The notes beneath the pieces were generated by a model. It made no database searches. It was not told the origin of the DNA and saw only the letters and a list, made by a program, of their open reading frames with translations. A program made the position numbers and the translations under genes. From NCBI GenBank assembly GCA_963697975.1, contig OY969111.1:1665764-1729763 (forward strand): a stretch of DNA of 64,000 bases, given 5' to 3'. Below are positions 8,948 through 17,956 of the stretch, in pieces; the stretch's first letter is position 1; every line of letters begins with the position of its first letter. The stretch is from an uncultured Acidobacteriota bacterium. GTDB lineage: Bacteria > Acidobacteriota > Blastocatellia > Pyrinomonadales > Pyrinomonadaceae.

Positions 8948-9673
8948 CTATGCCTGTGCCGACTTTAATCCTGCAATTAACTTTCCGATATTTTGAAAGT
9001 GTTCCTTAGTAGCGCCATGAGATACTGGATGTTTGGAAGATATAAAGATAGTGGAGTTGCTCACCCTATAACTCACGCCTTCTGCGGAGCTTTCCCAAGA
9101 ATCTATGCCAGCAATACTTTTCCAATAATTATCGTATCCTGACCCATAGAGTACAACCACTTTAGGCTCATACTGAGTAATCCTATCCCGCAGATGAGCT
9201 ATACGTGAGCCAACAATATACTCTCGATATTTTTTGCGGCTTTTTAGAAAAGGCAATGAGGAAATTTCCCCGTACAACCATGAAGTTATATTAGGTGCTG
9301 GTAACGGTAGCAATTCCAACAGGCAAGTATCACCAGCTTCCGTTCCGAAATCATTCTTTTGATATTGCCTCATCGTTTCAGCATCAACAGGCTGCCCTTC
9401 TGCGGTCAAGACAATGCGGATAAGGTGCTTCCATGTTGGCTGTAACTTAGGACGATCACCATACCAGCGGGTGACATCCATTTCGCTGGCATATTTGGCT
9501 ACATCTAATAATTCTTTTCGCCCGTATGCGTCCCATATATCAACCTGTTTAGCGATTGCCTCAAGTGCATTTCCTCCGCCTTCTTCCATACCAATAAACC
9601 AATACCGTGCTTCGTACTGACCAAAGCCATAGAAGCCATTAATGAACACTTCAAGAAGTTGGTCATCAAGCAT
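8948..9673 (-). CDS. hypothetical protein (no recognisable family), in lower-GC islet
   Basis: 241 aa intact ORF. Clearly AT-richer than its surroundings. Convergent with the DUF4258/YgiT pair. Confidence 0.45.
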   Translation of the reverse strand: MLDDQLLEVFINGFYGFGQYEARYWFIGMEEGGGNALEAIAKQVDIWDAYGRKELLDVAKYASEMDVTRWYGDRPKLQPTWKHLIRIVLTAEGQPVDAETMRQYQKNDFGTEAGDTCLLELLPLPAPNITSWLYGEISSLPFLKSRKKYREYIVGSRIAHLRDRITQYEPKVVVLYGSGYDNYWKSIAGIDSWESSAEGVSYRVSNSTIFISSKHPVSHGATKEHFQNIGKLIAGLKSAQA

Positions 9674-9706
9674 TTGTTAGACAGCGAATAAGTCTCACAG
9701 CTTTCT

Positions 9707-11122
9707 TCAGCTACGTCGCTCTAGATTGTAATCACGCAAACGGCGGTAGAGCGTGGAGGGTGAGATGCCTAAGATTTCGGCGGCTTTGCCGCGATGCCAG
9801 CCTGTTTGTTCGAGCGCGGAGAGGATTTGCTGGCGTTCGACATCGCGGAGCGAAGCGGAGGATGAAGGCGCGGGCGCTGCGGCGTAACCATCCTGCGTGG
9901 ATGATTCCCCGTTAGCGAGCGGGGTTGATGAAAATGACGCTGTTGTGGGACGCGCGACTTCCGGCGGCAGTTCGTTGACCGTGATGCGATTGTCGTTGGC
10001 TAAGATGACGGCTCGCTCAAGACAGTTTTTGAGTTGCCGAACGTTGCCCGGCCAACTGTAGGCGCGCAACGCCGCGAGAGCTTCGGGTGTGAGTTCGGGC
10101 GGATGCGCGCCGCCGATCTGTTTCAAGAGGTGCTGCGCCAGAGGCTCTACGTCATCGGGGCGCTCGCGCAAAGGGGTGAGCGCAATCTGGAATCCGTTGA
10201 TGCGATAAAGGAGGTCTGCGCGGAAAGTACCGTCCGCGACGACCGCGTCCAGGTTGCGATTCGTCGCCGCAACAATCCTGACGTTGACTTCGACTTTACG
10301 CACGCCACCGACGCGATAGAAGGTGCGCGTCTCAATCGCTCGGAGCAGCTTTGACTGCAACTGCGTGGGCAGTTCCGTAATTTCGTCCAGAAAGAGCGTG
10401 CCGCTATCTGCCAGTTCAATCAAACCGAGTTTGCGCCCCTTAGCGCCGGAGAATGCCCCTGCTTCGTAGCCGAAGAGTTCGGATTCCAGCAATGATTCCT
10501 GAAAGGCCGCGCAGTTGAGATCAACAAAGGAGGCGTCGGCGCGATTCGAGAGCCGATGAATCGCGTGCGCGATTAATTCCTTGCCCGTTCCCGACTCGCC
10601 CGTAATCAGGACGGAAGCGTCCGAGGGCGCGACGCGCTCGACGAGCCGGATGGCCTCGCGCATCGCATCCGAACTGGAAACTATCTCAGGCATCTGCGAC
10701 TGCCTGGCAAGCTGCTGCCTGAGGCGTTGATTATCAACGCGAAGCCGACGCTTTTCGGCAGCCTGCTTGACGAGCGCGTCGAGTTCGGTGATGCGATAGG
10801 GTTTTGAGAGGTAATCGTAAGCGCCGAGCTTCATGGCCTCGATGGCCGTCTCGACGGTGGCGTGGCCGGTCAGCATGATGACTTCGGGCGGGTTGGCGCG
10901 CTCATGGACGCGGCGCAGGAGTTCCATACCGTCCATGCGCGGCATGTTGATATCGCAGAGCAGAACGTCAACGTTGCCTTCTTCGAGACGCCTCAGCGCC
11001 GCCTCACCATCGGGCGCAACGTCCACTCTATAACCCAGCCGCTGAAGTTCCTTTTGAATGACAAGCCTTAGATTGGCTTCGTCTTCGGCAACGAGAAGTC
11101 GCGCACCCATCGTCTCGCTCAA
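9707..11122 (-). CDS. sigma-54-dependent NtrC-family response regulator (REC + AAA+ sigma-54 interaction + Fis HTH)
   Basis: REC N-terminus (LLVAEDE..D). Walker A GESGTGKE. GAFSGA sigma-54 contact motif. C-terminal HTH (GKAAEILGISPSTLYRRL). Confidence 0.9.
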   Translation of the reverse strand: MSETMGARLLVAEDEANLRLVIQKELQRLGYRVDVAPDGEAALRRLEEGNVDVLLCDINMPRMDGMELLRRVHERANPPEVIMLTGHATVETAIEAMKLGAYDYLSKPYRITELDALVKQAAEKRRLRVDNQRLRQQLARQSQMPEIVSSSDAMREAIRLVERVAPSDASVLITGESGTGKELIAHAIHRLSNRADASFVDLNCAAFQESLLESELFGYEAGAFSGAKGRKLGLIELADSGTLFLDEITELPTQLQSKLLRAIETRTFYRVGGVRKVEVNVRIVAATNRNLDAVVADGTFRADLLYRINGFQIALTPLRERPDDVEPLAQHLLKQIGGAHPPELTPEALAALRAYSWPGNVRQLKNCLERAVILANDNRITVNELPPEVARPTTASFSSTPLANGESSTQDGYAAAPAPSSSASLRDVERQQILSALEQTGWHRGKAAEILGISPSTLYRRLRDYNLERRS

Positions 11123-11127
11123 GCTGT

Positions 11128-13188
11128 TCAGTCTCCATCATCTGGATTAACGGCGGGGAGCGAAATGGTAAAGGTCGTTCCCGTCCCGACCGCCGACTGC
11201 ACGTTAAGTCGTCCGCCGTGCTCCGTAACAATACCATAACAGACTGCAAGTCCTAACCCGGTGCCGCGCCCGATCTCTTTTGTCGTGAAGAAGGGATCGA
11301 AGATTTTGGTCAGATTCTCCTGCGGAATCCCCACGCCGGTGTCGCTGATTTCCAACAACACATGGTCGTTCTCGTTGCGCCCGCGAAGGGTGAGGCGTCC
11401 GCCTTCGGGCATCGCGTCAATGGCGTTCGTAGCGAGCGCGATCACCGCCTGTTGCAACTGCCCTTCGTCGCCGGAGACAAAAGATAACTGGTCGGCCACC
11501 TCGATTTGAATCTCGATTCTGTCGCCGCGCCGCTGGTGCGTCATCAATCGCGCCGCAGAATTTATCACTTCCGCTATCTGGACGGGGAGGTGTTCGCCTG
11601 CGCGCGTGCGGCTGAAATCCAGCAGGCCGTTTGTGATTGACTTGCAACGAAAGGCTTCGCTGCGAATCAATGAAAGATACTCGCGCAAGTCGTCAACTTC
11701 GGGCGACGAATCAAACGCGCCCTCAGTCAGACGCGATTCAAGAGCTTCGGCGCAAGCCGAGATGGTCGCCAGCGGATTGTTGATTTCATGGACGACGCCT
11801 GCGGCAAGCCGTCCGACGGCAGCCAGCTTTTCTGCTCGCGCGACGGCGCGGTTGGCCTCAACCCGCGCCGTAATGTCTTCGCCGACGGTGATGACATGGC
11901 TGACATCCTCGTCTTCACTGGCGCGCATCGGAATCTTGCTGACCAGCCAGTGATGCCCTTCGCCGTCAGCGCCAGCGGTCTCCTGCTCGATGCGCTCAAT
12001 CTCGCCGGTCTTAAAGGCACGCGCGAATTCCAGTTCAAGAATCTCGCGGTTCTGTCTGGTCAACACGTCGAAGATGTTTTGACCGAGAGCTTTTCCACGC
12101 GGGATGCCCTGCCCGCCGAGTTCGCGGTTTCGATTCCACGCGACGATGCGATAGTTGCGATCAACCGCGTAGAGCGAAAGCGGCAGGCTGTCAATAATCG
12201 CTTCCGTGAAACGGCGCTGCGCTTCAGCTTCCGCCGTGCGCCGCTCGACCTCTTTAGCCAGCGTCGCAGAAGATTGGCGAGCCGCCTGATAGAGCGTAGC
12301 GACGTGTGTGGCGAGCGCGGCCTGCTGCGCCGCAGCGTCAACCAGCCGTGCCTGCGTCTCGCCGCAATCATTGCGATTATCGAAGCCGACGACGAGAACG
12401 CCTTTGGTGCGACCGCCGAAACGCAACGGCGCGACATATTCGACGCGATGCCTGTCATCTCGCAGGAAGAACTTGTCCGTCTCGTCCAATAAGACGGAGG
12501 TCGAAGAGGCTGGCGAGGCGAGCCACGATTGAAGACGATCCATGTGAATCAACGCCAGGTCTTCGGCGCTGCCCTCGCGGTCAAAAGCGCAGGCGATGAT
12601 GGGCTGTTCCTGATCTACATTCAGAACGGCAGTCGCGCAGAGAGACGCGCCCGTTCCTTCAAAGGTCGCGCCCGCCACGTGGCGCACGACCTGTTCAGGC
12701 TCAAGCGCACGCAGGAGTCCGCGTCCCAGATCGGACAGAAATCTGAGTTCGAGATTGCTGCCGACGAGCGCCCATTCGCGTTGTGCTGTTTCAAGGTGCG
12801 CGCTGACGCGTGTGAGAATTTCGCGCGGGGTCGAAGGCTTGACGATGTAATCATCCGCTCCGGCGGCAAAGGCTTCGACCTTGCGATTCTCATCATCACG
12901 AGCGGAGAAGATGACGATGGGCAATTGCTTGGTCGCCGCCTGCGCTCTCAAGAGGCGGCACAGAGCGAGGCCGTCAACGCCGGGCATCTCGACATCGAGG
13001 ACAATCAGATCACAATGCTCACGATGAAGCAGGCTGAGCGCCTTGGGCGCATCTGCCGCCAGAATGGTGCGATGCCCCGCGCCCTCGAAAATCTGGCGCA
13101 GGCGGCGACGCACGCTCAACTCATCATCAACGATGAGCAGCGTGGCATTCGCGCTAACTGTATTGGAAGAAGCTGACATCGGAAGCAA
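11128..13188 (-). CDS. hybrid sensor histidine kinase (REC-GAF-PAS-HisKA-HATPase_c)
   Basis: N-terminal REC (LLIVDDE). H-box HEINNPLATI. G-box GTGLGLAV. Sits 5 bp upstream of the NtrC-like regulator, so probably an operon. Confidence 0.85.
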   Translation of the reverse strand: MLPMSASSNTVSANATLLIVDDELSVRRRLRQIFEGAGHRTILAADAPKALSLLHREHCDLIVLDVEMPGVDGLALCRLLRAQAATKQLPIVIFSARDDENRKVEAFAAGADDYIVKPSTPREILTRVSAHLETAQREWALVGSNLELRFLSDLGRGLLRALEPEQVVRHVAGATFEGTGASLCATAVLNVDQEQPIIACAFDREGSAEDLALIHMDRLQSWLASPASSTSVLLDETDKFFLRDDRHRVEYVAPLRFGGRTKGVLVVGFDNRNDCGETQARLVDAAAQQAALATHVATLYQAARQSSATLAKEVERRTAEAEAQRRFTEAIIDSLPLSLYAVDRNYRIVAWNRNRELGGQGIPRGKALGQNIFDVLTRQNREILELEFARAFKTGEIERIEQETAGADGEGHHWLVSKIPMRASEDEDVSHVITVGEDITARVEANRAVARAEKLAAVGRLAAGVVHEINNPLATISACAEALESRLTEGAFDSSPEVDDLREYLSLIRSEAFRCKSITNGLLDFSRTRAGEHLPVQIAEVINSAARLMTHQRRGDRIEIQIEVADQLSFVSGDEGQLQQAVIALATNAIDAMPEGGRLTLRGRNENDHVLLEISDTGVGIPQENLTKIFDPFFTTKEIGRGTGLGLAVCYGIVTEHGGRLNVQSAVGTGTTFTISLPAVNPDDGD

Positions 13189-13248
13189 GGCAAAACGCCA
13201 TCATGAATTGAATGCGATGCCAGCAGGTTTGTCAAGATAAAGCTGAAA

Positions 13249-13327
13249 GCGCGTAAATGGTAAATCGTGAATCGTAAATAGAAACTGCTTTCCTCCATTT
13301 ACGATTCACGATTTACGATTTACGCGC
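13249..13327. repeat. heptamer-stem hairpin (AATCGTR class)
   Basis: 31-bp stem with 1 mismatch: GCGCGTAAATGGTAAATCGTGAATCGTAAAT / ATTTACGATTCACGATTTACGATTTACGCGC. Confidence 0.8.
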
Positions 13328-13329
13328 TT

Positions 13330-13641
13330 TTACTTCTTTGCCGTTTGTTCCAGCGCATCAACGCGCTGCTGTAAAGATTCTGCCCGGCGGCTAGCTTCAA
13401 CTGAGAAGAGGAGCGCGAAGGCGGCCATTAGAATCCCGACGGCGACGATAGCCCGCCGCTTGAAGTCGCGCGCGGAGAGTCTCGGATGTCGCGCTTGCTG
13501 AGGTTTATCATCGAGCGAATCCAGCAGATTTTCCCTCCTCTTTCCGTCTGTTTCCTGCTGCAAATCCGCGAGCCATTGCTCGTCGAACTGGTGAAGAATG
13601 TGATAACTCATATGAAAAGGTCGTGAATCGTCAATCGTCAA
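13330..13641 (-). CDS. small single-TM hypothetical protein
   Basis: 103 aa with one hydrophobic helix (AIVAVGILMAAFALLFSV). Flanked on both sides by heptamer hairpins. Confidence 0.4.
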   Translation of the reverse strand: MTIDDSRPFHMSYHILHQFDEQWLADLQQETDGKRRENLLDSLDDKPQQARHPRLSARDFKRRAIVAVGILMAAFALLFSVEASRRAESLQQRVDALEQTAKK

Positions 13642-13696
13642 TCGTGAATAGAAAGAGCGTTTTTATCTATTCACGATTGACGATTGACGATTCACG
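13618..13696. repeat. heptamer-stem hairpin (AATCGTS class)
   Basis: Perfect 30-bp stem CGTGAATCGTCAATCGTCAATCGTGAATAG / CTATTCACGATTGACGATTGACGATTCACG. Confidence 0.8.
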
Positions 13697-13710
13697 TTTT
13701 TCCTCCCCTG

Positions 13711-16224
13711 CTAATTTATTGCCGTCGAAGTGAGTTTGTCTGTGTTGAGGTCGAGCATCGCTTCCCGGTTTCCTTCGAGCCGGGCGCGGCGCTCTGTTTT
13801 ATGGCTTGACTTGGCCGAGTACATGGCCTGGTCAGCCGTGATGAGTAGTTGATCGAGCGTTTCGCCGTCAACTCCGTAGGTGGAGCAGCCGACGCTGATG
13901 CCGACGCGTGCGGCGTGATCGGCGCGGATGTGCAGCGAGAATTTCGAGACGGCGCTTTCGATTCGTTCACATAATTCCTCGACCTGGACTCCGACTAAAT
14001 CCTGCACGATGGCGACAAACTCGTCGCCCGCATAGCGCGCGAGGAAATCATACTCGCGCAGTTGGCCCTGAATGATGCGCGCAATCTCGCGCAGCATCTT
14101 GTCTCCGGTGCGATGACCGAAGGTGTCGTTGACCTGCTTGAACTCGTCCAGGTCGAGCATGATGACCTGGAACGGGCGATTGGTGCGGCGTGCGCGTGCG
14201 GCTTCCTGCTCGAAGCGCAGGTACATAGAGCGCGCGTTCGGGAGTCCCGTCAGCGGGTCTGTCATCGCGTGCGATTCCGCTTCGGCGTGGTGCATCGCAT
14301 TGAAGAGCGCATCAGACGCTAAGCGCGTGACTGTCTCCAGCAGGCGCATGTGATCGTCCGTGTATTCTTCCATTTCCATCGAATAGACGGAGATTGCGCC
14401 GAGCAGCCGGTCATCTCTGATAAGAGGCAGCGCAGCCATCGCGCGATACTCGCCGTCCGTGTCCAGATGAAGGCCGTCAAAATCCAGCTTCGGGTCAATG
14501 CGATTAATCGAGCGACGATTCGAGAGCGCGAATCCGGTCACACCTTCGCCGGGCGCGATGCAGCGGTCGCGCAGGACAGACGCGTTCTTGCCCGCTACGT
14601 GCGAAGCGGTCGCGTAAGCCTTCAGTTCATCGTAAAGATAGACCACGCAGGTATCGAACGGGACGACGTGGCCGACCTTGTTGACGAGAATCGAGAGCGT
14701 GTCTTCGATGTCGAGCGATGAACCGAAGGTGCGCGCGATCTCGTAGAGCGCATAAACTTCGTGATGCGCGTTCTTGATTTGGTCATAAGCCAGAACCGAT
14801 GGACGCTCTTTGGTCTGGTGAATGTCGGCCTCGATTAAGGCGCTCGGCTCAACCCCTTCGTTTGTGAATCCCTGCTGTTCGAGACCGAGTTCGATGATCT
14901 CTGCTTCAAAGCGCGGAAGGTTTTTGAGGAAGAGATTGACGACCTTCGGATCGAAATGCGTTCCGGCTCCGCGCAGCAGCAAGGCTCTGGCCTCTTCGCG
15001 CGTCATCCCGCGACGATAGGGGCGATCCTCGCGCACCGAATCGAAGCAATCAACAACCGAAAGAATGCGCGCCGTCAGCGGAATCGCCTCGCCCTTCAAA
15101 GCGTCTGGATACCCTAAGCCGTCCCACTGCTCGTGATGATGACGAACGATGGGGACGACCGGATAAGGAAAGTTGACACGTTCGAGAATCTGCGCGCCGA
15201 CGATTGTATGCACCTTCATGCGCTCAAACTCGGCGGTGGTCAGTCGTCCCGGCTTGTTCAGGATATGGTCGGGCACGGCGAGTTTGCCGACATCGTGCAA
15301 GAGCGCGCCTGCCTTGAGAGCTTCAATCTCGCTCGACGAGAGATTGAAGACTCTACCCATTCCGGCGGCGTAAATCTGAACGCGGCGGACGTGGTAATGC
15401 GTCGTCTGGTCTTTGGCGTCAATCGCTGTGGCGAGCGCCTCGACAGTTGCCAGATGAAGACGGGAGAGATCGTCTGCCTCGCGCGTCTTTTCATTGACGC
15501 GCTCGAAGAAGACTCTGTAGGTCGCGTAGGTCGCGGCGATAATCGGCACGCCCAGCAGAACGTAGAGAAAGCCGAAGGCTGTAATCGCTTCGTAGATTAA
15601 AGCAGCGGCGCACGCTGCCGCGATGAAAGTCAGGGCAGTCCACATGTAGCCGTCGCGCCAGAAGCTGAAGAAAGAGCGGCTTTTTCTCAAGGCGTACATG
15701 GTGGCGAGTGAAAGCCCGTTCAGCAGGTAGTGCGCGACGCCCATCACCACGAGCGGCAACAAGAGTTGCTCGAAACCTAGTCCCGCAGTTCCCAGCGGAA
15801 CGGTTTTAACTTGAGCGTAAGCGGCGAGCATGTAGTAGAACGCACTCGCCGAAAGGAAAGTCGTGACGGCCATGATGGCGGGCGCGCCCAGCCAGCTTGA
15901 TAATTTTTTCGTCGTGCGCTGCGAGCCGAGCACAGCATCGACGACGCTCAGCATGATCGCCGCCGGAACGCCGAGAATCATGGCGCTCAAAAAGGTGAAC
16001 GTGTCGCCCACTGTAACGCTGGCGGTCGTTCCCGGAATGCGAATCGGATACCAGCCCGTGACGACCACGAGGCTCAGCAGTGCGAGAAACTGCGACCATT
16101 GGGCGGAATTGAAAGCGAGGCACTGGTGAAGCGCCCACGCCCCCGTCAACGTGCCTGCGGCAACCATGACAGACCAATAAATTTTGGCCGCACGATTGTA
16201 GTCAGACATCCCTAGAAGTTTCAC
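13711..16224 (-). CDS. membrane-anchored c-di-GMP turnover protein: multi-TM sensor + HD-GYP + GAF + GGDEF(AGDEF variant)
   Basis: About 7 N-terminal TM helices. HD..HHEQWDGLGYPD (HD-GYP). GAF region. C-terminal diguanylate-cyclase-like domain with the RYAGDEF motif. Confidence 0.8.
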   Translation of the reverse strand: MKLLGMSDYNRAAKIYWSVMVAAGTLTGAWALHQCLAFNSAQWSQFLALLSLVVVTGWYPIRIPGTTASVTVGDTFTFLSAMILGVPAAIMLSVVDAVLGSQRTTKKLSSWLGAPAIMAVTTFLSASAFYYMLAAYAQVKTVPLGTAGLGFEQLLLPLVVMGVAHYLLNGLSLATMYALRKSRSFFSFWRDGYMWTALTFIAAACAAALIYEAITAFGFLYVLLGVPIIAATYATYRVFFERVNEKTREADDLSRLHLATVEALATAIDAKDQTTHYHVRRVQIYAAGMGRVFNLSSSEIEALKAGALLHDVGKLAVPDHILNKPGRLTTAEFERMKVHTIVGAQILERVNFPYPVVPIVRHHHEQWDGLGYPDALKGEAIPLTARILSVVDCFDSVREDRPYRRGMTREEARALLLRGAGTHFDPKVVNLFLKNLPRFEAEIIELGLEQQGFTNEGVEPSALIEADIHQTKERPSVLAYDQIKNAHHEVYALYEIARTFGSSLDIEDTLSILVNKVGHVVPFDTCVVYLYDELKAYATASHVAGKNASVLRDRCIAPGEGVTGFALSNRRSINRIDPKLDFDGLHLDTDGEYRAMAALPLIRDDRLLGAISVYSMEMEEYTDDHMRLLETVTRLASDALFNAMHHAEAESHAMTDPLTGLPNARSMYLRFEQEAARARRTNRPFQVIMLDLDEFKQVNDTFGHRTGDKMLREIARIIQGQLREYDFLARYAGDEFVAIVQDLVGVQVEELCERIESAVSKFSLHIRADHAARVGISVGCSTYGVDGETLDQLLITADQAMYSAKSSHKTERRARLEGNREAMLDLNTDKLTSTAIN

Positions 16225-16850
16225 TTGCCCGCTCCAGTCTTCAATTGACCGAGAGTTAAATTAATAAGAGCTATCGAGGAGAGCTATGGCTTAATTGCTT
16301 AAAGTCAAAATCTACATCGATTCAGCAACCCCTAGAAGTGCTTGCCGGATAAACTCTTTCAATGTCCTTTGCCGGAAGCGAGAGCTGAGGAGCAAATTCA
16401 GCTTTCGCTTCCGGCGCGGGACAGGGCAAGCGGCACGTTCGAGGGGCACTCTTGCGCGCCTGACTGGGGGTGAGAGTTCCATTGAGTCGGTTCTCCTGGG
16501 TCGCACGAACTTTCCTGCCGAAGAAGCGCTCAATTCATGTCAATTGGTGCGGCTGTCAAACCCCGTGCGGTGGGTTCGTGAAGCGCCTGAGCGCCTCAAG
16601 CCGCGCCCATTACTTAACAAGCAGTGTGCCGCGAGGGTTCAAACTTCATCTTTCAGACTCAATTCGCAAAATGGTTGGACTTAGAGAGATTCAAGTATTG
16701 GGTGGGACAAAACACGGAGAGTCTTGCTCAATCAACCTGACAGGTCAGAATGATTCTCTCCGGTCAGTAGTGCAGTCGGTGCTGAGATTTGTCGTATCCA
16801 AAAATTTCAGTAGAGGTTCGATTTCAAATCGAATGCGCGCCGAGATGAGA

Positions 16851-16971
<121 letters not shown>

Positions 16972-17242
16972 TCGACTTTCCCTTCACTCTTTTCAAATTG
17001 AACCTCCGCCAAAATTTCTTGGAAGCCCGTTAAGCTCGGTGATATTATCCAAGCCGTAGATTTTGTTTGATTGAAGCGGCACTGAAAGACATGTTGGTGT
17101 CCTCGCCTTTCCTCTTTCGTCTTTGAGCTGGCAGGTTCGACTCTAGCGATTTAACTCACATTCCGGATTTCGGCCAATCCACGCAGGAGACCTGAGGCCG
17201 AATCAATCAGCGTGACATTTCGGCACGGGCGGTCGGGCGTTC

Positions 17243-17956
17243 ATGGATTCAGATATTTATTTATTTATCAGCTCAACCTCGGACTTGAGAGCCGAGCGCG
17301 AAGCTCTGGCCGAAGCGGAAGAACTGCGCCGCGCATACAAGCTCTTTCTTTACGAAGATTTTGGTGCGGGCAGCGACGAGGCGGGCAATACTTCTCCCGA
17401 AGAAATTCTCAGGGAGACGCTCTCGAAGTGTGATGTCTTTATTTGTCTGCTCGGCACTCGTTACGGCTCGCCCTACAAGCCGCCCGGTGACATGAGATCA
17501 ATCGTCGAGTGGGAATTTCAAACGGCGCAGTCCCGTCCCGGCATTGAGATTATGCCGTTTCGCAAGATCGTGCCGGAAGACCAGATTGAGCCTCCGCAGC
17601 GCGACTTCATCAATCGCATCTCCGCCTTCGGGATGAGCGGCAGGTGGTTCGAGAAATTCGATTCCCCGCAAACCCTGACCGTGCTCGTGCGTAAGTCAAT
17701 GGAAAACTGGTTAGCCCGGCAATACAAACGGACGCAGGCTAATATGATTCCCTGGCTCAACCGGATACTGGCACCGTTAGCCATCGGCTTAGTGCTGCTG
17801 TGTGTTCTCGTCTCATTGCTCTTTGTGCTGCAAATCGTGACGCTCTCGATGACCTCGCTGATAGGCTTTTGCGTCATCATCTTCTTCACAATCTTACTCG
17901 GCTTCGTGGCGCTCAAATCTCAAATGGGGGAGATAAAAAATGTCGCAGGTAGATGA
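17243..17956 (+). CDS. DUF4062-like (TIR/nucleoside-deoxyribosyltransferase-like) domain protein with two C-terminal TM helices
   Basis: N-terminus IYLFISSTSDLRAEREAL ... CDVFICLLGTRYGSP ... EWEFQTA matches the DUF4062 pattern as I recall it. C-terminal 70 aa form two hydrophobic helices. Lower GC. Confidence 0.55.
   Translation: MDSDIYLFISSTSDLRAEREALAEAEELRRAYKLFLYEDFGAGSDEAGNTSPEEILRETLSKCDVFICLLGTRYGSPYKPPGDMRSIVEWEFQTAQSRPGIEIMPFRKIVPEDQIEPPQRDFINRISAFGMSGRWFEKFDSPQTLTVLVRKSMENWLARQYKRTQANMIPWLNRILAPLAIGLVLLCVLVSLLFVLQIVTLSMTSLIGFCVIIFFTILLGFVALKSQMGEIKNVAGR

Noticed and set aside
17122-17140. tRNA-like T-arm fragment GGCAGGTTCGACTCTAGCG
   Set aside because: I cannot build a complete cloverleaf (no acceptor or anticodon arms) by eye. 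Kept only as a possible integration scar, not called as tRNA.
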